Shown here: positions 1 through 13,074 of the stretch, one piece after another
How positions within the stretch are numbered: position 1 is the first letter of the stretch
Layout: every line of letters starts with the position of its first letter
From: Fimbriosthenelais zetlandica
Taxonomy: Eukaryota
Length of the DNA stretch: 64,000 bases
Direction: 5' to 3'
Assembly (NCBI GenBank): GCA_977030845.1
Contig: OZ365115.1
Span: 4,092,001-4,156,000, forward strand
The notes under the pieces: generated by a model
What the model was told of the DNA's origin: nothing
Database searches by the model: none
Seen by the model: only the letters and a program-made list of their open reading frames with translations
Translations under genes and position numbers: made by a program

Positions 1-259
1 TAATACATGTTTGGCAATCAGTCGCTTTTTGTTGGTATTTAGAAGTAGAAGCTTATATGGACTGTTGGCCGAGCATATCATCAGTTGTTAGAACTTCGTC
101 TCCACAGTCTATCTCACATTCTAGAATTTAACCCCTGGGAAGTCCTGATGAATAACGCAATTGATTCCCCTGAAGAAATGTATCTATAGTAAATGTGTTC
201 TGAAGTTTGACAGTGTTCTGCTGTTCCCCACAGTTTGAGTTTGAATCTCGCCCTTACTA

Positions 260-454
260 AAGCCTGTACTCCACAGCACTGCGATTTTTCTTGCGACACA
301 ACTGCGACGAAGGTAATTGTGTCGCAATGAAAAATGTACCAGTGGAGGATGGCCTCTAGGCTTTGGACAACAATATATTAATTTTATTGCGACACATTCA
401 TCACTTTGTCGCCGTAGTGTCGCAAGCCAAATCGCAGCAGTTGAGTACAGGCTT
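260..454. mobile_element. Palindromic MITE-like element, copy 1
   Basis: AAGCCTGTACTC (260-271) is the reverse complement of GAGTACAGGCTT (443-454). Long imperfect internal inverted arms carry TGCGACA/TGTCGCA motifs. Related copies at 4387 and 55167. Confidence 0.75.
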
Positions 455-479
455 AAGCTAAACCTTGCTAACAATTGCT

Positions 480-825
480 CTGATAGTTGGCCTGATTCAT
501 CAGCCTGCCCTGTTTGACCAGTGTGCCAAATCTTCATGTTTAATCTTCCCTATCCCCAGCCAAACACCAAGGCTCCTCACAAAGAACCATGGCACCATCT
601 TGCTGTCCACAAACTCCTCCCGAAGAAGCCCTCCAGGAACTTGATGCCAGTGATAGCTTTTATAAAGCAGCTCGCAGTCAGCATCTCTAGGCTTATGATT
701 GCTGGCAAGTTCTCCTTACAAGACCAAACCTCATTTAAATGCTCATAACATCGAGCACGTCCCCATCTCCTCATCAAGATGAGCACCTCATCGAGTCTGT
801 AAAGAAGTATGAGAAAACTGGACAT
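480..825 (-). mobile_element. Possible decayed L2/CR1-type LINE reverse-transcriptase fragment
   Basis: Broken minus-strand frames give DEVLILMRRW and VRSLGVWLG, loosely like the late RT motifs (W/M...LN and VxxLGV) of L2-type LINEs. Recognised by eye only. Confidence 0.25.
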
Positions 826-3800
826 TCATATATACCCTACTAGAATTTCTCCATTAGTCTCTTATTAACTCTGCCTTCTGCTCACCCCTTGGAGAGTGTT
901 TAACCTAAGTGTATTTGCTACAGTCTATAAGGCACAACAAGGTGGCAAGTAAATTGATTTATCCATAGTAAAGTCTATGAAAAACAACTAATAGCACTTC
1001 CTCCGTGAGTCACTCCCTCTCACTCTCTCTCACTCTCTCGCTCCCTCCCTCTCTCTCTTCTCTCTCTCAGCCGTCCCTATGGTATTTCTTGTATTGCCTA
1101 TTGTCAAGGACCTTCATTTATTTATTGCCTCTCACTCTTGGCCTCACGCAATCCATACTTGATTAAAATCGTTTGAATATGGAGATGGGTGTGAATTCGA
1201 AAAATAAATGCATCACTGAACAGCGCATCTAAAACAGGAAGAAAACATAGATGGAGACAATACTAGAGGATTGTCTGGACTTTGTCACGGTTTGTTGGCT
1301 TAATGAGACCCTATAGGTTTAGACCTGCCAATGCTGGGCCAATTAAAATGTGATTCTAAGACAGGTCATGTCCCAAATTACCATAAGAGTGTGTCCTGGG
1401 ACCTGAATGATAGATAGGAAATGTGAAAATGTCTCAAACAAAACTTTAGAAAATTACAAATGTTGCAAATCCGAAAAAGTATAATGAGAAATTGTCGCAT
1501 TCAAATGAGAGGCTGGTTATTTCTACTTGACTAATAGTTCAAAAGAGGATGTCCATAATTCATCATTAGTGTTGTCACTCTAAAAAAAAAGTAATCACTT
1601 TAATGCGTTTTTGTTGGCATATTCATTGCTTTTAAACAAAAGATAAATTCGTGATTAGCAGTTTATTGATTGAGTCAATCAATGAGTCTGTTTACAGACT
1701 CTTAACCAAGTACATGAATAAATGAATGGCCAGGCATCAATCGATGAGCGTGTGATTGTAATGGTCGCACGCAAATAAGTCGTACAACATGATTCATTGA
1801 GCAGCTTCCATGGTTTTTGTATCAGGTGCCGAAAACTAGAGTCGAGGTATTCATTACAAATTGAATCACGCACTCTTCTTAAGGCAAACCCTAATTCTAA
1901 ACTCTTGACTAAAGTGCTATGTTAGAATGAACGCAAGCTGTGTTGTGAATGAACAGGCGAATAGTCTATGCATTGAACCCATGAAGCCAGCAGGCTAATC
2001 TTTTTTGGAGCACAAATTATATTGGGTTTTACAGATTGCAAAGTAAAGTCTGGTTAACGTCTGCTACGCTTCATTAAATATTAATCAATCACAAGGAGGC
2101 AGAACCTCCTGACATAGAGACCAATACTATGACATCAGACCGTGGCAGGGACCTAACCCTATGACGTCATAACCCTGACGTCTTGGTCTACACCACCTAT
2201 GGCTGAATTCTTAAACCACGGAAGTGTTGCTCAGCTGATGAGGAGACTGACCTAAAGTTTAAGCCTGAAAAAACCATCAGACCAAACCAGCTGACACTGG
2301 CTCTGAGAAGGGAAAACCTAATGAGACTGTTCTGAAAACAGATCTCAACAACACAACAGAGCATTAATTAGTAACTTATAATAGGGCACATTGTAATTAC
2401 GATTACGTAGGTGGACGAGGAAGTTTGATGCATGGATCTGCCAGCTCCTCAAACAAAACAGACGGAGGTGCCACCAGGCTTATTAATCACGCACCTCCAG
2501 TTTACTTTTTGGTTTCTCCCTGATTTCTTGACTGTCTTTTGTCCCAAGCCCCATTTACTGTTACAAGTATGTAAGCGTTCTTTCTACAGCACTTATTACA
2601 AATCGCAACCGCTTAAATATGTTTTGCTGTCCACTCGTTATTCCTTGTGTGCTTAATTCTATTAGAGTGATCCCAGAGATAGCTCGGTCATCTTTTTAGG
2701 CAATGTGGCATTTTGAGATTTGTTGGAGATGGGGAAATGAGATAATTTACCTAAAAGATTTCATTACTTTGTGCTGTCTTAAGCAAGTGTGAAGCAATAT
2801 GAACGGACGGCATCTACTTTAATGAATCTAAGTCCTCTTCTCGCCTCCTGAAAGACAGAATTCTGAACATTTTTGTGGAATGTGACTAAGGATTTATTTC
2901 AAATGCGTACAATTCCAATTAATTAAGGAGCATACTTTTTCAAGAATTAAAAAACACTCGATCAACAAACCGTCTAGGCTTTTTCCCCTTCTGATTGTGG
3001 ATCTTATATTGTAGTTGTTTCAGAATTTCATGTGACTCTGGGATTAAAATTTAACATTTTATATCACTCAAAATCATGCAGAGTTTAAAGGATTTGACCC
3101 TCAAAGCTGAAGTATTATAGTTACATGTAATGTAATATAGCTAAGCATTGATACCATATATTTACCACAGTGACAGATAATGACAATGCGGATCCATACA
3201 TATGTATAAAACATGATTTGTTGTGCGGTCTTTGTAGTCTTAAGAGGCTTAAATGACTGTCCAAATATTTGATGGCCCTTATCCCTACGGATTTCTGTAA
3301 CCTTCACTGCATGGAAACACACTCTATAGAACAGAAGGCTGTATTGCTTGACTATTGCTGCAAATGAAAATGTGATCGATTAATTATAACGGAATTGCTG
3401 GTAATTATTTCACGAAATGGAATCTCACCCATCAGGAAGTAAGTGATGATTCCGGTCCATTCCGGTCCATATCATTATAGACTAATTGTTATTACATTAT
3501 CCCCTCCCTGTACGGAACTCATTATTCTGAAATTTAATGCGCTTGCGGTAGGCCGCCTTTGTAATGCTATACCGATTGTCAGTGCAGCAACAGGGTTGTT
3601 TGCAATTGCTCTCCAATCAATGTAAGCATTTTATAATTCCCCTATATCCTTATAGTAAATATGATAAAAGAAAATCCAGCCTGCTGATTGTTTTCTGTAC
3701 ATCAATCATTGTAAAACTATGAAAACTCACTATTGTGTGTATTGCAAAGAGTTCAGAGTTTACCTTTTGTCGTGAGCCAACCATTTAGTAAATGAGTGTA

Positions 3801-3938
3801 CACGTGTTTCATTTCGAAAGTAAATTTCGAATGTTATTACTTTTAAAGACATACATATATACCCTGAATACTTTAAACTGGAAGACATGCATATTACATA
3901 CAACATGGTAAAGTATGATCAATTATTATGATCAAGTC

Positions 3939-3993
3939 CCATGATAATGATCCACCATGATAATGATCCACCATGATAATGATCTGCCATGAT
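3939..3993. repeat. 16-bp minisatellite, about 3.5 copies of CCATGATAATGATCCA
   Basis: Tandem repeats visible directly. Confidence 0.85.
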
Positions 3994-4386
3994 TTGTTAA
4001 TGTGAATATTGGACATAACCCATAACCTGAGAGTGGATGTTGTTTTCTGACATACTCTATATCTGACAATGGTCTAAGATCATTTTATTATCTTCTAACA
4101 GCTATCCAGTTCATTATCACCTCTAACATTTCATCTTCCCTTTATAAAGGCTAATCACCACTGATTACGGTGTAGGCGTTACCGTAATACAATTTCCGTG
4201 GTATTAGAGAATGCCTCTTGCAACCCACAGTACGCTATGGACGCCATGCAGTGCACTATTGGGATAGTTATTAATTTTTCCAAAGTTTTTCCAGGTTACA
4301 TGGAAGGTAATGAAAAAAAATTTTTTTCCGTCTTTCTAACACACTATTGGGATGTTTGTCTCAGGCAAGACCAGCCAAAGTATGCG

Positions 4387-4586
4387 TTAAGCTGGGACTC
4401 CACTGCTGCGATTTTACTTACGGCACTATTGCGACAAAGGTGATGTTTATGTCGCATTGAAAAATATACTAGCGGAGGACGGTCTTAATTCATTGGACCA
4501 CAATATATTAATTTCATTGCGACACAAGCATCACCTTTGTCGCAATAGTATCGCAAGCAAAATGGCAACAGTGGAGACTGGTATAG
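4387..4586. mobile_element. Palindromic MITE-like element, copy 2
   Basis: Begins TTAAGCTGGGACTCCACTGCTGCG and ends CAGTGGAGACTGG. Same internal TGCGACAAAGGTGATG / CATCACCTTTGTCGCA arms as copies 1 and 3. Confidence 0.75.
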
Positions 4587-4949
4587 GCTACTTGTTTGTC
4601 GTATAAGATAATGGTTATATAACTAACTGAGAGGAAGAGAGAGTAATGTCAGATTAGTCATCACGGAATTGTACAGAGTGGCTGTAACTGCACAAAGCAG
4701 AAACTCGAGACTGCTCGACAATGTATGAAGAGATCAGCAGATGAGAACTCTTTAATATGATACTTCCTGCCATCCCTTTGAAGGGAAATCGAAAGACTGA
4801 TGAAATCTTAATACTTTATCCCTTAGCAACGACACAGGCATGATAAGGAAGAGATTGAAGTAACAACTAGACTTCTCATTCATATAGTATGCCATAGAGT
4901 ATAACTCTGGTTACATCATGTTATACTCAATACATCATAAAGTGTCAGA

Positions 4950-6440
4950 TCAGGGTGTGGTTGACTTTACACATTGGTGTTAAACATGGAGATGCATACT
5001 TTTAGATACACTAATTTTTTGGCTCATATGTTCGGTTACATATCAAATAGCAAATATACGTTGCATGGTATACCTGCTACTTTATAACATTTTAGGATAT
5101 AATAACAACCGGCATGAGTAATATCTGCATACTGCTCCACACATAATCAGTATGGATTGGTCAGAATACCTAGAGAGGAGTCTGTACCGAGGCATCTGTA
5201 ATTTAGCATGATGCCCTCCATATATCCATCGTCTGGTTCTACTTTGAAAGACCATGCAGTGATAGATAGAGACACGCCTGATATCACAGATCATATCTTC
5301 ATATGGGATTGAATTGTGAGGGTTGTAAGTGGAGGAAGGCAGGCGTGAAGCCTATTATTATGGAGAGGATGAGATGGCTGTAGCTGGCTGACAAGAAGCC
5401 AGAACTCCAGCAGCTCTGTCTGCCCTCTTTCCTCTCATTATGTACACCTCAACTACTGTCATAATTAGACAAGTGGCTAATTCACACTTACTCATCTTGT
5501 TTATCATTTATTTACTCCTTCACTCATTCGTACTTCACTCCCTCATTCACAGGTGCTAATTTGTAATTTATATTACCCAGGGTCAGCTTCTGAATGAAGA
5601 TCCATTACCTTAGAACCCCATAAGGTATTCCATGCAGAGTTCCTCTCCCTTGTCCCGAGGGACATGAGAGAGAACTTCTGAGAATGTCTTGGGTGGAATA
5701 CTTCGATCCAAAGGTTAAGTCACCCTGGCATATCATACAACTATATAAATCAGGTCGCAAAGTGAAAAGTAGAGGTAGGATGCTTTGCTCCGTGTAGTTG
5801 AATAAAAATTACATTATAAGCATTGGTCATGCGATTTACCCAGTACCCATCCATCCAACCAGCCATCCACGTCATGGCTGCCCCAAGAGTGAACACCTTT
5901 TTGTAGCCTTCTTCTTGCTAAAAGTTGCTGAATTCAGTCCCAAAGAGAGTGATTTTTTCTTTCGAATTGAAGAAAGTTCTCACGATACTGATTTGTGGTA
6001 TACCGCATGCAATTTATCCATTGAAGAGACACTTGCTGGACCAATGGATATTTGGGATTTGGTTTCCCCCTGTCTTGGGACCTGTTTCATAATGAAGAAA
6101 AACTACATTTGCCCAATGGTAAGTCTCTAGGCTAATGCCATACATTGATATATACCTTTCTGAAAAAGGATGATTGAATGACTAAGCTAACCGCTGGGCA
6201 TAATTGCCAAAAACAATTGGCATGTATGTCACTGGATGATTTCAGGAAATATGGAAAATGTTTGGCACCTGTTGCCAAATTATAGATGGAGGAAATGTTG
6301 CGCATAACTATTGCTGTGGGACAAGTAAGTGAGGTGATAAAAAGCCCACTGTACATCCGGCTATCAATGGAGGTAACTCTCAGTGGACATATATAGCAAC
6401 CATCCCTGTGCCACTTGATCTGACTGTGTAGTATGAACAC
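4950..6440 (-). mobile_element. Probable heavily decayed CR1/L2-type non-LTR retrotransposon 3' part
   Basis: In colinear order on the minus strand: VYINVW (YINDI-like RT motif), LYFSL, AWNTL (WNxL motif) and HAKLQM...CGA..RYYSC (terminal zinc-finger-like motif). Many stops and frameshifts. Confidence 0.35.
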
Positions 6441-9400
6441 TGACTATACATATTGAGAGTTATGAGCCTATTCCCGCTGATTGGCCAAGCTAACTGACAA
6501 CGATCTCCCTCTCTGCATGCTCATTGGGCATGTACTTGAGCTTCCAATAGATGGAGGCCATTGGAGGATTTTAGAATTGAGAGCTGTACTTGCTGATCAA
6601 CAAAAGTTAGAGTGGAAAGTATTTTTTCATAATTAGCTTAGTGTATGTTAGATGTATTTTATATTCATATATATTATATGTTGGATGTCTACTTGAAACT
6701 TGTATCATTATCAAGATTCGGGGTAAATGTATATTATTCTAATTTTATAAGTTGATAATGTTTCTGGTATCAAATATATTGACAGTAAAAGGTTAATTGT
6801 GAAGTCTGTCTTTGGGAGGAATTGATTAGATGAAAGAGTCTGCTTGTGCTGTTGAACACAGCTGGCTACATACTGCATCAGTTCTGTTTGCTGTTTCTGT
6901 AGACCCTGACAAAGGCAGACCACAAATAAAATAGTCTTGTACCTTTAAGGTTCACTGACAGGCTTGAGATCTTTCTTTCAAAGACATCTGAAGCTAAACA
7001 GGCAGGTTTAGACGGCTTCTATTTGTCTTAATGAAGCCCATCTTCACCAATGAGATTCAACTATTAATTTATACCACTCCTACAGAAATGAACTTTTGAT
7101 ACTTTTAATAGAATTCATGGGCATGATCTCAAATTTATTCGACACTGTGCTCTCTTCCCACGTCCACATATCGAAATGGCAGCTTATGCATTGAGGGAAT
7201 TACTAAACAGATGGGACTATGTAAACTGGATCAGTATAGAGTGAAACGATGCTTAAAACACATCCTGTAATCTTATGACCTTTCACTTTGATCAGTGGGG
7301 CCAGTTGTCCAATTTGGCAAGCAGAAGAGAAGAGTTATTGTGAAGAAGCTGTATAATGACATGCAGAATGGCTTATACATCACTGGTTGAACGCCATGTG
7401 ACGTCAGAGGCATGCTTCCTAGTGTTACACAGGAGGGCTGATGGATGTGACCAGGCACATTTGACCCGCGTCTGGCCCATGTTTGACTGGTAGCCAAATC
7501 GGATGTAACTTGACGTTACCTATCGTCTGTCCCACCCTCTTTCTGCCATCTACTACTTACTAACACTGACCCTGCAATCCTACCTCCGCCTTGCAATAGC
7601 TCACCAGACGCCCATACCTGCAGGAGGCCTCCAACCAAATTCCTCAGCCTCCACCACTTGTCAGGAAGACATGGGGTAGAGTATGGTGTGTGCTTAGAAT
7701 GATTACTATACCTCAATTAAATGTTCAATACCCGAGAATCTTCATTCCATGTGCCTCTATAGATTCTCATATCTCTAATGTTTAAACCATGTAAACCTCC
7801 ATCCACTCCGCCTCGCCCTTCAAGAGATTATTACACTTAAGTCAATGGAGAAATGTTGCGCATTTTTCTTCTGAAACAAGTGCCTGGGCAAGTCTTGTTG
7901 AAGCCAACCTCTGTGCAGTCGTATTGCTGCGTCCCATAAATTGTATGGTTGCCAGGAGCATACTGAATGGTGTTGTTTCCCTAGGCCTCTAAAGTAAATT
8001 TTCCCTGGGTTTTATGTATCCCTTTACCCTGACTTGCCACAGGGTCAATAGGTTTGCTCCTTTCGAAGTCACCTTTGATTTTATTAGATCTTGTTCTTTT
8101 TAAACAAGAATTCCCGTTGGTCCACCACTAGTCAACTTTGTATTCGTAGAAAACAAGCATCGTTCAACGTTGTCAGGACAGCGCAACTTGTGTTTGCCCT
8201 CTTGTCAGGTTACATTTTATGGTGGCTCTATCTTATTGTAGTCTTAAAGTTCTACCAATAAATTGAGTCATATTCCCGATAGGAACTGAGACCATAAACT
8301 AACATGTTGAAATAATATCATATCATTCAGAAACATGAGAACTGAAACTAGGTATAAATTATCAATCCATGCATGCCTTTAATTACTTGAAATTTAATGC
8401 CAGGAAAAAGGAAAATTCTAGAATTTCTGAAGGATATTACCAATATTCCATTACATCTTCATCACATATCACCGAGTGTAGTTGTATCACTTCACAGATG
8501 CATGAAATGAGAAACAGGGTCTTATATTTTCCATCTTTGTTCTCAGTTTCATCTTCTTAAATTTATAAATGTAATTTCAGTATCTTCTGTTGTCAGTCGT
8601 GTACAACCTTAAACTGCCTGAAATGAGAATCTGTATTTCTTCTCTCATATATACTTCATAATATCAACATATCAGTGATATTAGTCTTCTCCGTTTGAGG
8701 GAATGGAAGTAAAGTACTTCTATGCCTACACAACAGGAATGTAGTACATATCTTAAAGCATATAGGACAGTCATAATGGTATTTTTTATGATATGAGGAT
8801 GCATACAAAACACACATAACTCTCTGACCTTGAATGAAGACATGTGATATGAAGATTGATAAGTCTGGATATTCTTCTATAGAGCCATATACATACACAT
8901 CAAGGACAATAACCTATTATCATCAAAGGCCGACTCTTCCCTATTACCTTTGAGGAGCACCTGATTGTGTTAATCAGAGTCTCTATCTAATTGCCAATCG
9001 ACGTAACTGTGGTGACTAATCGTCAATGAGATCAAGTCTAACTGCAGTCCCTACCTCCCTCCTTCTATCTCTCCTTCAATCCTTCTCTCTTAATCCTTCC
9101 CTCTCTGCCTGGAAACTGCTCCTGTCAGGCCCAGACTTGGCTAATCCTCTTGGACACACGCAGGGTCAAAGCTCAAACACCTTTGCCTTGATTAGCACTG
9201 GTCATTATTAGCACTAATCACCTGAGCTTCCTTTGTTTAAAATCTCAAGAGATTTGCTATTTTTCACTGTCTTCAGGACTATTCATACACGTAATGGACT
9301 GAGATGTGTTACTTATAGGATATATATCCTAATTGTTTTATATGGAGATTGCATATTTATAGATAAGTATGAAGATTAGATCTCTACCGTTTGCTTCTAC

Positions 9401-12400
9401 GATCAAAGGGATATTAAGCTGATAATTACCAATCATAATCATCTTTAGGCACTCATTCCTCTTGGAGAAACCTCATGTGAAGAGGATAATTAAAAGCTAG
9501 CTACGATGCTCAAAGCTGATACCCAAAAGATGAAGCCATATATTGTAGATCTAGCTCCTTGCCCAGATATATAATTCTACATATTGGTAATTAATGACAC
9601 ACAACCCTCAAGACAAAGCTTAGCTATAGACAGTTCAGTCCCCTGTTACTGTGACTTTTGGTCAGCCCCACTTTCGGTTTCAATCTGTAGTGAGGAAGCC
9701 ATACTCCCTTAAGTTTTGTTGCACAACAACTTAATGGCATACCGCTATCCTCTACCTAAATCTCAGCTACTAATTTAGTAGGTCTTCATTTTGTTTTCTA
9801 TCGCTGAACCGCATGCGAGCAGTCCAGGTGAACATCAGTAAACTTTATGAATGTTTTAATTAGGAACTTTTGATATATTGGGGCAATTTTGCAGAGCTCA
9901 GGTGACTTTGGAGCTAATCAAGGCCATCTTAGAACAACTTAAATTGACAAACCATCACTTTACACTGGATCGTGTACTTAATTAATACCATCGCAACCAA
10001 GTCACTTGATACATTCCAGAAGCGCTGTGTACATACCCTTTTCAGTTCATTTCATGAAAAAGGGCAATAATTAACATAAAATACTTATTGTTATGCATAT
10101 AACCTTCCTAAGTTCCTTAGAGAAAAAGCCTATCCATTATATCTGAAGTCAATAGACTGCAGACCAAGCCTAAAAAGGGAATATAGATTTATTTCTTAGC
10201 ACTCAATGATATTGATGTAGAAAATCAACAAGGAAATGGAGCACTTAATAAGATTAAGAAATTGATCTTCAGTTTTCGTGATTTAATCAGCAGTTGGCTT
10301 TCGTGACCAACGTGGATAGAGTGGTGAGATCAGAAGTGGAGAGATCTATTTTTCTCAGTTTATCCCTGATTTGCGTGGGATTGAAACCATTCAAGTCTAT
10401 ACAACACATTATGCTCATTAATTATAAGCCGAAATAATCGTATTCAATGTTATAAACGTCTGAAGCATAAACTGTTATAAATCCTGACTCTGGGGCTCCG
10501 TTTTTGAAGTGTACAAAAGGTGGCAAAATCTAAATTGTAACTGCCACCGTTTTTGTTAAAGGGAGATCATTAAGGAATATAAATTTGAACCTCTCTTATC
10601 GTATACTGGTTTTCTTTATTTACTCCAGAGGTTCTATTAGATATCTCATGTTGAGGAGGTTTTCTGAAGTGATAGGGACTGTGGTAGAATCTTTTGTATG
10701 GAAAGTATTTGAGCCAATTGGTTCGACTACCCCCACACATCTATTCTTTTCCATTGCCGCCTCTATGATATTGGAGACTCAATCACATGCCCACAATGGA
10801 TCATACCAGTAGTGATAAAGGCCTGGTATAGGAGGATCCAGGTCGTTCTTGATCACTGTGAGGCCCTCAGTACGCCCTCACTCGGCTGTAAACAACCGCC
10901 ATGGCCATCTCTTCACAGCGCATGCCTCAGTTTCACCTTACGTCACTTCCCTTTTCACCAAATCCCTCTATTATTGACAAGGGGATCTTTTTAGAACGTC
11001 CTTTTGTGGCAGTGGAGGGCAGGAGCATAGATGGCACTGCGCTATCCCATGGCGATTAATAGAATCCAGTTATTGTAGGGTAGACAACCATTTGCGAGCA
11101 GAGAGGCACGTTTCTGTGGGCCCCACTCCCTGGCTTTAGTAATCGAGCCTTGTAATAAGAACCAAAGAAAATAGGAAGGATTTCCTTGGTTAAGTGCTGA
11201 ACACGGCCACAAATCCACGTAATTTCTCCCACAACAGTAGTGGTTTCCCTGACCCTGTGGAGAGTCACCTCCGTAGACAGAACAGGAAGTCAGGATGGAG
11301 ACCTCAAGGTCATGGCACAAGCGGTGTAGCCAAGGTCAAACTCATTCCGACAGTCTATAGTATCCATAACGTACCTCTCAATGGATTTTGCTATCCCTCA
11401 AGCAGGGGAAGCTCGATCTGAAGTAATAAAGCTACTTGTTGAATTCCCATGACAACTCCAAATGTAACATTAACAACTCTGTCATTACCAGTCCTGGTGC
11501 AATCGATGCATTATAAGATTTTATGGTTCAATTATTTTTTCCACTTAGAATACCATAGAGTGGTCATGTAATGAACCATTTTGCATTAGATAGGCTATTT
11601 AGTATTTGGAGCAAGGCTAGTGCAATGTGTAGATCTGTTATCTGTTAAATAATGAACGGAAAAATGACCAGATAAACCGTCAACAAAGGGTCAGATATTC
11701 AAATATACTCTGTCTATACTACATGCCTTCCATAAGCCCTGAATCCTGAAATGTTCTATTCATCCACAATGCTTGCTAAATTAGTAGCCATGAGAAAAAC
11801 ATTACGGACAACCATGCAGTCAAATTGTGGTTGTCAGTGGGCTACCATGCAGCGTTTGAGAGGCGAGGCAACCTTTTAAATGTATGGACAACCATCCCCA
11901 CTTACAGACAACCATAATCACCGAAAATGGTTGTCTGTGGGCAACTGCTTCCAACTGATTTGCTGAGGCCAGATACATTTAGATCAAGTTTGGTCATTTA
12001 ACCATTTCAGTTTTGACATGTATCAAACTTGATATCTTGAGATGCGACATCAGTCCTGTGATCACGAAAGTATAGTTGAACATGTCGTTGACAATCCATC
12101 ATAAAGAAGCCGGCCAGATTACAAGCCCGTCATAGTCCTCGGTGTTAACAGTGGATGATGAAACACGCCTGAGTGGGGATACAGGTATTATCACCTCTCA
12201 AAAGAGTCTTTGATTGATGATGGTCGCTCTTCACTATACCAGTCTAAGAATACTGTAACATGAGCTTTCCCTTCTGATGTTTTTTTTTCTTTCTGATGAT
12301 TTTCTGCAACGAGGCAATTATATTGAGAACATGCCTTAATGTAGGCTGTGTAGGTAAGAGCGGCCCTCCACTTAAAGTGACAGAAACATCTGTTTTGTCA

Positions 12401-12901
12401 GATATTTTCAAGATGGTCATAATGCCCCAAGATATACACCAATAGAACGACTGGTATACATATGCTGCATTTCCCAGAAGAGAATGCCCAAAGCAAACTC
12501 CAATCCGAAAACATAAGACTGTCCCTGATGAAAACATGATTTAGCACTTAGAATTAATTTAATTGTCGTATAGGCCGAATTCTTATCAAATATAGTCGAA
12601 TTATGCATAATTATAGGCTCATAGAGTTTTCATCAAATAATATTTGAAACTTCTTCAAATAAGGCTCTGAGATGAGTATGTCATTGCAAAAAAGTCTTCA
12701 GCACTTCATCCTTGGCGATCGTGCCAAGCATGTAACATTGTGCAGAAAGTGTCCACCATATGCTAAATACACTGGGGGTTGGGGGTTGGTGAAGGAAGGC
12801 CCGGCAGCCCTATATAGTCGTATCCATCCTGGTCTGATGCTCCCATAATTGACATTGTGTGTCACTCATCAAGTAACTATTACTAGGTTAATGACGCCTC
12901 G

Positions 12902-13074
12902 GTTGCTATGGAAACCTAAGGCAAAACCATGATAATGGCCACCGGAAGTCTACTTGATTCTGTCGCGCTCCTTCCATATGGTCCTTCGGCACTGGTGTAC
13001 ATCACAACTTCCGGCATATTCTTCCCACTGTAGATCTATACACATGCTGGAGGCGCACACGATAATAAGTAAGT
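12902..13074 (+). promoter_or_regulatory. Candidate promoter/first exon: RFX X-box, two ETS motifs and a splice donor
   Basis: GTTGCTATGGAAAC (12902-12915, X-box consensus), ACCGGAAGT (12941-12949), ACTTCCGG (13007-13014), donor GTAAGT at 13069. Target gene unproven; the nearest downstream gene is the neuropeptide precursor. Confidence 0.4.
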
